Shown in pieces: positions 50,442 through 59,398 of a stretch of DNA of 64,000 nt. The notes under the pieces are model-generated. The model had not been told where the DNA came from. It was given only the letters and a program-made list of their open reading frames with translations, and did not search any database. Position numbers and translations under genes: made by a program. Origin of the DNA: an uncultured delta proteobacterium (GTDB taxonomy: Bacteria > Desulfobacterota > Binatia > UBA9968); the NCBI GenBank assembly GCA_963771465.1, contig CAVYTU010000014.1, positions 192,001 to 256,000 of the forward strand, in the 5' to 3' direction. How positions within the stretch are numbered: position 1 is the stretch's first letter; each line of letters starts with the position of its first letter.

Positions 50442-50963
50442 TTGAATGCCGAGCTTAACTTTAGTTCCAGCACCCTAGCTCTGCTTGCGTTTTTCGGGTG
50501 TGGCGGTGATAGCTCGTCGAAGCTCCCCCTGGTAGGATTGAAGCTTGAGTTTGGCAAGCATAATATTCCCACTGAAATGGTAGCGGGTCAAACTGTATTA
50601 GCCAATATCACTATCAAGAATGCGAGTTCTAAGACTTGGCCGAGTAAGCCCGACCCAAGGGGAAGGAACGCTGTGAATCTTTCCTACCATTGGCTAGATC
50701 GTAAGCGGCAGATAGTGGTTTTTGACGGATTGAGAACCCCATTGCCGAGCGACCTCAATCCCGGCGAATCGCTTACGCTCAGAGCAGCGATCCATGCGCC
50801 TGGGAAGCCGGGGAAATATGTACTCCACGTGACATTGGTTCAGGAAGGGGTCGCGTGGTTTTCAGAAAAAGATGGGGGTCAACTTTTAATTCCGGTGTCA
50901 GTCGCGGCGGCATCCGCCCCGCACCCGCAAGGCTCAAGCTATAATGGCCGGCAGGTAGGATGA
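50442..50963 (+). CDS. Putative lipoprotein with NBR1-like Ig domain
   Basis: Hydrophobic stretch ending FFGC; KN.SSKTW, LSYHW, DGLRTPLP.DL.PGES, APGKPGKY.L, LVQEGVAWF; start uncertain. Confidence 0.65.
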   Translation: MNAELNFSSSTLALLAFFGCGGDSSSKLPLVGLKLEFGKHNIPTEMVAGQTVLANITIKNASSKTWPSKPDPRGRNAVNLSYHWLDRKRQIVVFDGLRTPLPSDLNPGESLTLRAAIHAPGKPGKYVLHVTLVQEGVAWFSEKDGGQLLIPVSVAAASAPHPQGSSYNGRQVG

Positions 50964-51082
50964 TAGTGTCGCCCCAGGGAGGGTTAATCTCCTGAACGGC
51001 TGCCCGCGGGTGCAAACACCATGTCCAGTTGCTGTCTCGCAGACACCATCACTCGGATTCGTTCCCATACTGTTTTTCATTT

Positions 51083-53227
51083 CTATTTGATTTCTAAGAT
51101 CGCCCTGTATCCAGTATCGTAGTATCCCCGCCTGTCTGCTGCTATGACCTTGAGCGACAAAGTATGACGGCCTTTCTCCAGCGCCGATGCAGCAAAAAAC
51201 ACAGAAAACCCGGACGATCTGTACCGCTCATTGCGAAAATGTACAGCTACGTCTGGACGGTCCAAACCATACCGCGCTGGGACAACAAGCTGCTTATCGA
51301 CGTTGACAAAAACTCCCCCGGCCTCCCTTTGTGCCTGTTCATCAACAGCCCAGCCGGCAATGTAGACTGCGTCTCCATGCTTTACCTCTATGACCACGTT
51401 CTGTGGCGATACCTGATTGTTTATCACGTCGACGGAAAACAACGTAGTGCCGGCAAGGGAGAGCTTCGGTAAGGGAAGCGGCCACACGACATGGCTGCCC
51501 ATCAATTTGAAGGCCTTCCCCGATTCAGTGTCAAAGGCCCAGGCCTCGACGTGGGTCGCGTCGGTGGGCATGTCCGTCTGAGCGAACGAGTGATGCCAGC
51601 GGGTCCGGTTATGGGCAGGCTGGCGCAGGGCTGGGACGAAACCAGCCGGTACGCCTGTCATCGTTGCGATCGCAAAGACGCTGGACCCTCGGGTGCCGTC
51701 CCGATAGGTGAGGAGCACGGCATGGGCCGGTTCTCGTCCCTCTGGCATCACCGCCCATCCGGACGCGATGAAGCGGCCGTCCGGCGTCTTATAAAGGGTC
51801 CCAAACTCTCCGGCCGGACGCGCGTCCTGACTGCTCATCGCGATCTCCTCCGCACTTTTCCCGTCGATCAAGCTGGGTCGCAGGTAGCCGAGGCGATTCA
51901 GTGCGTTCGCGAGCGCTATCAGGTTCCCCTGGCTCAAGGTCGCTGGCGCGGGACAGCGCAGAACATTGACGAACAGCAGGCACGCTTTGACGTAGCGGAG
52001 ATGGGCGCGGAACCCGTAAGCTTGGAGCATGCCCTGCGTCGCTGTGAGCGCATGGACGAGCAGTAAGGCTGCCACCACAGCAGAGGCCGGTGGAGCCATC
52101 CGCACCCGACTCGGTAGATACCCGTTCGCTCTGGCGTGCTCAAGCACAATCGGTACGAGGTAGATCAGGGAGACGAGAAGGTACAGCGAGAAGGTCGAGT
52201 AACGCGGAGACAGCGCCTGCGGGATGCCAAACCCCAACCGAGCTAGCATCACCATGAGCCCTGTCCCGAGCGAGTACGCCCCGATCATGACGAAGACGAT
52301 CATTCGCCTGCGCAACGATCGGTCCCCAAACCCCACCCAGAGGTACGCACAGGCGCCTGCGAAGAGGATAGACGCGAGGGTTCCGATGAGCGTCGCCGCC
52401 GCGAGCCGCGGGGCCCCACTATCTGGCGCCAGGGGAGCACCCAGAAACGCCGCGAGATAGGCGAGGGCGCGAGCCGGATGGCCCAGGGATTCGGTCAGGC
52501 TCGGGTGCCCCTCTGACGTTCCATAGCCGTACAGGTAGAAGCTCACGCACAGCAGGCACAACGCCATCCAACCGGCGATCAGAAACGGGACGAAGGGTCG
52601 CCGCCAGTCGCACACGACCAGAAGCACCGGAAGTACCAGCACCCAGCACAGGACCCCGTTCGCCGAGGAGAACGTGCTGACGATTGACAAGAGCGCGCCG
52701 ATCGCAAGCTTGGCCCTAAAGTTCAGATCGGAATAGGTGACGCTCAAGCAAGTTGTCAGGCACGCGATCGGTGCGAAGTAGACGACCTGAATGCCCAAAA
52801 GCCACGTTTCGTACTGGACTGGCGAGAAGATGAGGAGATTGGTTCCGACCAGCAGCCAGAGTCGCTTTTCGGTGCCGGTAATCGTGACCCGACTGATCCG
52901 GTAGATATTGAAGGACACCAGGCAGGCGAGCAAGAGGCTCACCAGCATCTCGTAGCGCACGTTCCAGCGCGTGATTGTGCCAAGGGCGAGGAAGAGCAGG
53001 TGCGGAAAGAACTGCCGAAACTCGTTGTCCTGCTCAAAGAGGTGGGTGAACGAGAGTGAACCCTCCGCCAGGTACACGAATAGCCGAGCGGTGTTCCACT
53101 GATCGTAGTACGGCACATCGACGCTGTACGTCGCGATGAAGAGGGCGGCGAAGCCGACGGGAAGCATGACGAGCCCGACAACGAGCGCCCGGATGGGTGT
53201 CGGCAGGCGGTGGGCCACGGGTGTCAC
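51083..53227 (-). CDS. Polytopic membrane protein, putative GT-C-type glycosyltransferase with C-terminal Ig-like domains
   Basis: VDVPYYDQW, Q.NE.R, multiple TM segments, RLGFG..QALSPRY; two GWA-containing beta domains. Confidence 0.65.
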   Translation of the reverse strand: MTPVAHRLPTPIRALVVGLVMLPVGFAALFIATYSVDVPYYDQWNTARLFVYLAEGSLSFTHLFEQDNEFRQFFPHLLFLALGTITRWNVRYEMLVSLLLACLVSFNIYRISRVTITGTEKRLWLLVGTNLLIFSPVQYETWLLGIQVVYFAPIACLTTCLSVTYSDLNFRAKLAIGALLSIVSTFSSANGVLCWVLVLPVLLVVCDWRRPFVPFLIAGWMALCLLCVSFYLYGYGTSEGHPSLTESLGHPARALAYLAAFLGAPLAPDSGAPRLAAATLIGTLASILFAGACAYLWVGFGDRSLRRRMIVFVMIGAYSLGTGLMVMLARLGFGIPQALSPRYSTFSLYLLVSLIYLVPIVLEHARANGYLPSRVRMAPPASAVVAALLLVHALTATQGMLQAYGFRAHLRYVKACLLFVNVLRCPAPATLSQGNLIALANALNRLGYLRPSLIDGKSAEEIAMSSQDARPAGEFGTLYKTPDGRFIASGWAVMPEGREPAHAVLLTYRDGTRGSSVFAIATMTGVPAGFVPALRQPAHNRTRWHHSFAQTDMPTDATHVEAWAFDTESGKAFKLMGSHVVWPLPLPKLSLAGTTLFSVDVINNQVSPQNVVIEVKHGDAVYIAGWAVDEQAQREAGGVFVNVDKQLVVPARYGLDRPDVAVHFRNERYRSSGFSVFFAASALEKGRHTLSLKVIAADRRGYYDTGYRAILEIK

Positions 53228-53995
53228 GGGCGAGGCACCGGGACCTCAGGGTGCTTTTGTGACAGCGGCTTCTGCGCGACGCAGAAGATCGGACACCCCG
53301 AAAGGCAAGCTCACCTGCCGCGCCACATAGTTTTCGAAGGTAAGTAGGAAGAAGAGACCCCGATCTAGGAAACGCGGCAGCACAACGAGGTCGCTCCTCG
53401 TTGCAGTGTTCGCCCGCGCTCGTCGCAGGAGCTTGACCAGGACGGCCAACGGTGACAGCAGGGTATTCCGATAGGTGATCCGGACCATGTCGAAACCGGC
53501 GCGTTTCACCTTCTCGGCCAGCTCGTCGCGCGTATACCGGTGGCGCGTAAGGGTGGCCACGTCGTGAGCGGACCAGAGGGCGCGGTAGGCCGCGACCTGG
53601 AGCAAGGCGAACCCGCCAGGGACAAGGACACGATGGATCTCGCGAAGTGCGCTCACGTCATCCGGCACCCATTGGTGGACGAGTACGTCGATGGACAGGA
53701 CCACGTCGAAGCTGTTAGGCCGAAACGGAAGCTCGGTGACGGAGGCCTGAAGGATGTTATCAAGTCCACGCTGTTGGCAGAACCGTATGCCTTCGCTGGC
53801 AATCTCGACGCCCCAGGCCTTCCTATGCGCGAGACGCCGGAGAAGACCGCCGGTGCCGCATCCCGCATCCAGGACCCGCCCTGTCTTTCCCGTCGGAATG
53901 TCGCCGAACTCCGACAAAATAAAGCGCATCGAGCCCTCGAACCACCAGTAACTATCCTCCAGTTGGAACATCGCATCGTATTCAGTCGGCCGCAC
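53224..53995 (-). CDS. Class I SAM-dependent methyltransferase (probable late +1 frameshift at ~53291)
   Basis: EDSYWWF, VLDAGCGTG, LPF..SFD, LWSAHD..H.RY; removing one C gives LPFGVSIFCVAQK and a TGA overlapping the next GTG. Confidence 0.88.
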
Positions 53996-54010
53996 GCGAG
54001 TTCCTCCAGG

Positions 54011-55117
54011 CTAGGTGGCAAACGCGCGGATCGCGTCACAGACGGCCTCGATCGCAGACTCGTCAAGCTCGGGGAAGATTGGAAGAGACAAGATCTCCGA
54101 CGCCGCCTGCTCAGCCACGGGGAAGCTTCCCAACCCCGCGCCGAGATCCCGGTAAGCGGGCTGGAGGTGAATCGGCAATGGGTATTGAACGCGGGCGTCG
54201 ATGCCGTAGTCGGCGAGCCATTCCCGCAGGCGATTCCGCGACGGATGCCGGATGACATAAGAGCAGTAGACGTGCATTGTGTCTGGCCGCTCGATCGGAA
54301 CTTTCGCTCCGGTCCCCTTGAGGCCTCTATCGTAGCAGCGGGCGAGGTGGCGCCGCTGCGCGTTCCAAGCATCGAGATGCCGAAGCTTGACACGCAGGAC
54401 GGCTGCCTGCAGTTCGTCCATACGGCAGTTGAAGCCCCGAAGATGGTGCTCGAAGCGCCCTCGCTCTCCATAGTTCCGCAGCAGACGAAGATGCTCCGCG
54501 AGATCGGCTGAGCCGGTGACGACCATGCCGCCGTCACCGTAGCCGCCGAGGTTCTTCGTAGGGTAGAAGCTGAAGCAGCCGAACAGGCCAAAACCCCCTA
54601 CTTTCCTGCCCTGGTACGTTGCCCCATGAGCCTGGCAAGCATCCTCGACGATTTCGAGCCCTCGGGAGGCCGCAATTGAGAGCAAAGGCTCGATATCGGC
54701 GGGGTGCCCGTAGAGGTGGACGGGCACGATCGCTTTGGTTCGAGGTGTCAGCCGGCTCTTCACCTGGCAGGCATCCAATGTATAGGTCTCCGAATCGATG
54801 TCGGCGAGGATCACCCGGGCACCGGCGCTCTCAATGGCGACCACGGTCGCCACGGCGGTCAGGGCGCTCGTGATGACCTCATCCCCGGGGCCGATGCCCG
54901 CGCCGAGCAGCGCTAGGCGCAACGCGTCGGTACCGGAACTCACCCCCACCGCGTAGGGGACGCCAAGATACGCTGCGAACTCCTTTTCGAAGGCAGCGAC
55001 CTGGCCTCCGAAGACGAAGACGCCGCAATCGAGGACGCTCTGGATCGCCCGGTCGATCTCGGCCTTGACCTGGTGATACTGGGTGCACAGCTCTAGAAAC
55101 GGAACCGGCCGTCTCAC
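54011..55117 (-). CDS. DegT/DnrJ/EryC1/StrS sugar aminotransferase
   Basis: SSGTDAL, PVHLYG, EDACQAHGA, FSFYPTKNLG (PLP Lys), N.RMDELQAA. Confidence 0.93.
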   Translation of the reverse strand: MRRPVPFLELCTQYHQVKAEIDRAIQSVLDCGVFVFGGQVAAFEKEFAAYLGVPYAVGVSSGTDALRLALLGAGIGPGDEVITSALTAVATVVAIESAGARVILADIDSETYTLDACQVKSRLTPRTKAIVPVHLYGHPADIEPLLSIAASRGLEIVEDACQAHGATYQGRKVGGFGLFGCFSFYPTKNLGGYGDGGMVVTGSADLAEHLRLLRNYGERGRFEHHLRGFNCRMDELQAAVLRVKLRHLDAWNAQRRHLARCYDRGLKGTGAKVPIERPDTMHVYCSYVIRHPSRNRLREWLADYGIDARVQYPLPIHLQPAYRDLGAGLGSFPVAEQAASEILSLPIFPELDESAIEAVCDAIRAFAT

Positions 55118-56106
55118 CAGTAGTGGTTCCTATAACGTCGGTAGTACTCGACGGTCCGTCGCAGGCCTTCGGTCAGCGGCACCGCCGGCTGCCAGTCCAG
55201 TACACTCTTGATCTTCGAAAAATCGGCGTAGTAGCTCCCAATGTCGATTCGACGCCGGTCTTCGGGAAACGGGGTGCATGCGTAGGATCCTCCGCCCACG
55301 ACACCCAGGAGGATGTCGACGAACTCGTGGATCGAGTAGGGTCGCTCACCGCCGAGGTTGAAGACCTCGCCGTCTGATTCACGCCGGCAAGCGGCGGCAA
55401 GCAACGCCTCGACCACGTCGTCGACATACGTGAAGTCTCGCATCTGCTGACCGTCACCGAAGATCTGGAGCTGCTGGCCATCGATCGCGAGGCGGATCAA
55501 CCAGGGCACGAACGCGTGCCGGCCATTGCGCATGAGCTGACCGGGCCCGTACGTGTTAGTGAGCCGAAGCGACGTCACGTGGAGGCCATAGAGCCGTCCG
55601 TAGAGCAGGTGATAGGCCTCGGCAGCGACCTTGTGAATTCCGTTAATGTCGATCGGGCGCAGTGGGTGGCCCTCATCGACCGGCAGGTATTCTGGCCGCC
55701 CGTACTGCTGGCGCGTTGCCGTGAAGACGATCTTCGCGCCTGGCGCATGCTTGCGGCAGGCTTCGAGAAGCCCCAGCTGGGCATGACAGTTCATCGTCAG
55801 GTCCGCGTACGGATCGCACATGCTGTAGACGTGGCTGACCTGCCCAGCCAGATTGAAGACGAGCGTCCGGCCTCGCATCAGCTCTCGCATTGCCTCCTCG
55901 TCGACCATGTTGACTACATGCACGGTGATAAGCCCCTCGAGGTCCGAGAGGTTGAAGCGGTTGGCGCCGGTGTTCGGCACCAAAGCGTCCACGACCGTTA
56001 CCCGTGCCCCGAGCCTCACCAACCGCCGGACAAGGTTGCTGCCGATGAACCCGTAGCCACCAGCAACAAGAACGGGTGCACCCTCGAAGGCCTCCTCTAA
56101 GAGCAT
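55114..56106 (-). CDS. NAD-dependent epimerase/dehydratase
   Basis: GGYGFIGSNL, FNLAGQ, LRLTNTYGP, RDFTYVDDVV; ATG overlaps the upstream TGA. Confidence 0.9.
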   Translation of the reverse strand: MLLEEAFEGAPVLVAGGYGFIGSNLVRRLVRLGARVTVVDALVPNTGANRFNLSDLEGLITVHVVNMVDEEAMRELMRGRTLVFNLAGQVSHVYSMCDPYADLTMNCHAQLGLLEACRKHAPGAKIVFTATRQQYGRPEYLPVDEGHPLRPIDINGIHKVAAEAYHLLYGRLYGLHVTSLRLTNTYGPGQLMRNGRHAFVPWLIRLAIDGQQLQIFGDGQQMRDFTYVDDVVEALLAAACRRESDGEVFNLGGERPYSIHEFVDILLGVVGGGSYACTPFPEDRRRIDIGSYYADFSKIKSVLDWQPAVPLTEGLRRTVEYYRRYRNHYW

Positions 56107-56831
56107 CAACGCCTCCCCAAGGCCCCCTGGCAAACCACAAGCTGCCACCACAAGCGCGCCATGTCGATACCGACCTCCGCGATGCGCCGCGGAGTGAAGA
56201 ACTGGGAGCGTCCGTACGATCGGCGATAGTGATGGACAGGGACCTCTACGAACCGGGCACCGATATCCTGCAGCTTCCGCACGAGCTCCAGACACACGAT
56301 GCCCGAGTTATGCTCGATCTCGATCTTCTGCAGTAAGGAGCGTCGAAGGAGACGAAAATCACAGTCCACATCGCGTATCTTCAAGGAAAACAGGATGCAT
56401 GCCACTCTTCGGTAGGCGGCCCCAATCAGTATCCTATGCCACGGATCCTGGCGCTTGAGCTTGTATCCCTGCACAACATCGACGCCATCGTCGACGAGCG
56501 CCAACAGCTTCCGTAGCTCCGCCACGTCGTACTGTGCATCGCCGTCCGTATAGAAGACCCAGTCTTTGGTGGCCTCTGCGAAGCCGGTCCGGAGCGCTCC
56601 CCCGTAACCCCGATTCCGCGGATGGCGCACAAGGCGTAAAGGCACAGAACTGGAGCTCAAAAGTGCCTCCAGAACGTCGACGCTCTGATCTGTACTACCA
56701 TCATCGACCACGATGATTTCGTAATCGTCCACGAGATCCTGTAGCGTTTTATTGGCGAGAATGACGACGCGGGCGATTGTCCCGCCGTCGTTATAACATG
56801 GAAAGAAAGCACTCACCGACAAGAACGACAT
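56106..56831 (-). CDS. GT2 glycosyltransferase (polyprenol-phosphate GT-like)
   Basis: FFPCYND, VDDGSTD, NRGYGGAL, YTDGDAQY, DVDCDFRL. Confidence 0.9.
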   Translation of the reverse strand: MSFLSVSAFFPCYNDGGTIARVVILANKTLQDLVDDYEIIVVDDGSTDQSVDVLEALLSSSSVPLRLVRHPRNRGYGGALRTGFAEATKDWVFYTDGDAQYDVAELRKLLALVDDGVDVVQGYKLKRQDPWHRILIGAAYRRVACILFSLKIRDVDCDFRLLRRSLLQKIEIEHNSGIVCLELVRKLQDIGARFVEVPVHHYRRSYGRSQFFTPRRIAEVGIDMARLWWQLVVCQGALGRR

Positions 56832-56967
56832 CACTCGTGACGAGATCCACTCACGATAGCGACTCAGCCAGCACAGGGTCGGAGGCGCCCAGGGCGCGAT
56901 GGCGGCGAACCGCAGGAAAGCAAGACGCATGCGATCATAGATGCCACTCCCCACGTGTTGGTCCTAC

Positions 56968-57118
56968 TTTATTCGAAAAGTTTATGCTTATTTGTCCCAA
57001 GTGTGACGGGGAAACACGGATTATCAGTTTCATTGACGAGCCGCACGTCATTAAAAGAATCTTCAAACTTAGGTCTCTGAGAAAAGTCCCACGTCCCGCC
57101 AGAAGATTTGTCGGATAA
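56968..57118 (+). mobile_element. C-terminal remnant of an IS91-like transposase
   Basis: FIRKVY / LICPKCDGETRIISFIDEPHVIKRI resembles the KVYEVDPLxCPKCGGxMRIISFI tail. Confidence 0.55.
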
Positions 57119-57841
57119 AACTGATTACCTTCGATCCATCCTGCAGCCAGCGCGACAAAAGACTTACCCCAGTTATTGGCAGCTGTCCAGACCTGCTCTC
57201 CAAGAGTCTGCTACATATAGTACATAAGAATCTTATGTCAAACTTTATACTAAACGGGCAACAGAATTGTTGAGTGATCTGAATCTAATTTGTATCGATG
57301 AGAAGCGCGGTTCAAAGAAACTCGGATACGGCACCAATTATTGACGACTGAGGACCGGGCCAAGGTTGCGTTTTCCACGTACCGGAGGGTGTCTCGATAC
57401 TGGTAAGGCTTTCTTTCTGTCTCGGTCCTGCCAACGGTTTGAGCTGCTTGCGAGCCATCGGCTCGAAGTGGCTTAGCAGTTCGTTAAATAATGATCAGAC
57501 TTCTATATCTTTACTATTTGTTCTTGGCCAACTTTAAGGCTCTCTCGTGACATGCAGAGCGTGACTGTTCGCCGCAGATTTTCCTTGTCATGGCGTTATC
57601 CGCGCCAACCAAAAAGGAAATGCCGTTCTTCGTGAGGCGGATCGTATCGAGCGTGTCTAAAGCGGCTCGCGCGGTATAGTAAGAATCATAACAACTATTT
57701 CGGTAGCTTTTTTAGTGCTCCTCATTCTTCTCTTGCCATCCGTTCGACGTCGGCGATGGTCAGTTTGTCCATACGAAAGGCGCGGTGCGGGTTCCATTCG
57801 AGGACTTCCATGGTGCGAATGCCGAGAGGAATTTGCTTTTC

Positions 57842-58043
57842 AAATGTGGCATTGCACTGACAATGATCCCACCCGACACGAGGATTTTCAGTTCTCTTGC
57901 TGTACCGGGACTATGTGACACTATCGGTCGCTATATGTATCTATTCAAGCGTTTAACTGTGGTCTAAGCCGGCCTATTTTACCGATTCGAACACATAGTG
58001 ACATATAGTTCGGGCAAAGTTGTGGGCAAAGTGGCGGCAAAGT
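57842..58043. mobile_element. Second, degenerate tRNA-Phe att junction with arm-like GGCAAAGT repeats
   Basis: 57873-58035 aligns co-linearly with 46734-46895; GGCAAAGT x3 at 58013-58043; T-arm portion scrambled. Confidence 0.75.
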
Positions 58044-58456
58044 GAACGTCCAAGGACCACCGCACCCGCCGATGCACCCCGCGTGGATCGACTCATAAGG
58101 CGGTCACGCTGTCTGATTCACGCAACGAATTGTTGGAGCCGGTGCATCGAACGGCGATTAAACCGGTTCCGACGGGAGAACGGCTGTTTGCCCGAAATGT
58201 CTGTAGCATCGGCAGCGGCTCCAGCCGAGCGCTGAGTCTGCTGAGATTGGCGGGTGGGACCACCATTCAGTTAATCTGATCATTTCAACCCCAATCCGCC
58301 ACGGCTCATTCTGGCTCCTGCATAAACGTGGCGACAGTTTCGCCGAGCTAGTAAGTCGATAGCGCTGACCCAAGACATGCCAGTTCGACCGCGTATTGGC
58401 GCGTACCGACGAACAGCTCCACGGGCACAACGATCATCAAGCGCCGGCTCGCCCGG

Positions 58457-58835
58457 TCAAGAAAGGTAGGACCGTCTCTGGAGTCTTTCCGCAATGGCGC
58501 GCGCGAGCGGATGAGACAGAAGCTTTTCAAGTGACTCTGGCAAAGACAACGACCAGGAATTATCCGGTGCACCCGGAAGATTGGGCCGTTTTTGAGTTGC
58601 CAGTGAGTCCTCCCGAGTGGCCGCAATGATCGCGGAGGGAGCCTGGGCAAGCAGCTCGTAAGCGCGCTTGATGATATCCTCGACAGGAGCAGCGTCATTA
58701 AGGCCGGTCATCGAGCGCAGGCGCTCGCGAATCTCAAGCGTACTTCTTTCATTTGGGTTAAGCCCAAGCTGACGTTGCTCTTCAAGGTCGGCGCCGGTCC
58801 ACAGACCTGCAATGGTCGGCAGGTCGTGCCTCGCG
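58457..58835 (-). pseudogene. C-terminal remnant of a second 4-alpha-glucanotransferase
   Basis: HDLPTIAGLW.G.DL, LAQAPS, ED.L..RPNLPG..W. Confidence 0.75.
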
Positions 58836-58951
58836 CAAAATAGAGGGCCAGCCATACATTAGACGTGACCAGCACCCGGTTTGGTGCGGATGTTGACGGC
58901 GTCACGGCTGAACACCGCTGGGACAGGATTATTGATACGCTAATGGGCTGG

Positions 58952-58981
58952 TTGACAAGCGCTCTTTCGATGGCTTAGTGT
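58952..58981 (+). promoter_or_regulatory. Putative sigma70 promoter of the STAS operon
   Basis: TTGACA-N18-TAGTGT. Confidence 0.4.
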
Positions 58982-59056
58982 CGAGCCACGAGCGATAGGA
59001 AGTGTGACGGCGCTACCTGGGACAGACTAAGTCCAATCATTACAAGTGCAAAAAGC

Positions 59057-59365
59057 ATGAGCGATCTCGAAATCACAGTGGAGCAGTTGGAGACCGCAGT
59101 GGTCGTGCACGCCGCAGGTTCGGTGAACACCAATACGGCTCCACAATTGCTGGAACCGTTGCTGCGTACTGCGGAAAACGGCCCCGTGCAGCTCGATCTT
59201 GCCAAGGTTCCCTACATGAGCAGCGCTGGTTTGCGCGTATTGGTTATGGCCGCTAAAGCACTGCAAAAGCGCGGCGAACGCTTGCGCGTCATCAATGTCG
59301 CACCGCAAATATACAACGTTTTGAACATAGCGGGGTTTACTTCGTTTATGGACATTAGTTCGTAA
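59057..59365 (+). CDS. STAS-domain anti-sigma-factor antagonist
   Basis: G.VNT.TAP, LDLAKVPYMSSAGLRVL (phosphorylatable Ser), V..IAGF. Confidence 0.92.
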   Translation: MSDLEITVEQLETAVVVHAAGSVNTNTAPQLLEPLLRTAENGPVQLDLAKVPYMSSAGLRVLVMAAKALQKRGERLRVINVAPQIYNVLNIAGFTSFMDISS

Positions 59366-59398
59366 TGGCATCAGACGAGCACGCTGCTTGAGAGCGGC

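Noticed and set aside
53540-54591. Long alternative ORFs (53540-54511 +, 53653-54591 -) and similar shadow ORFs elsewhere
   Set aside because: They overlap well-supported genes, have no motifs, and are expected in GC-rich DNA
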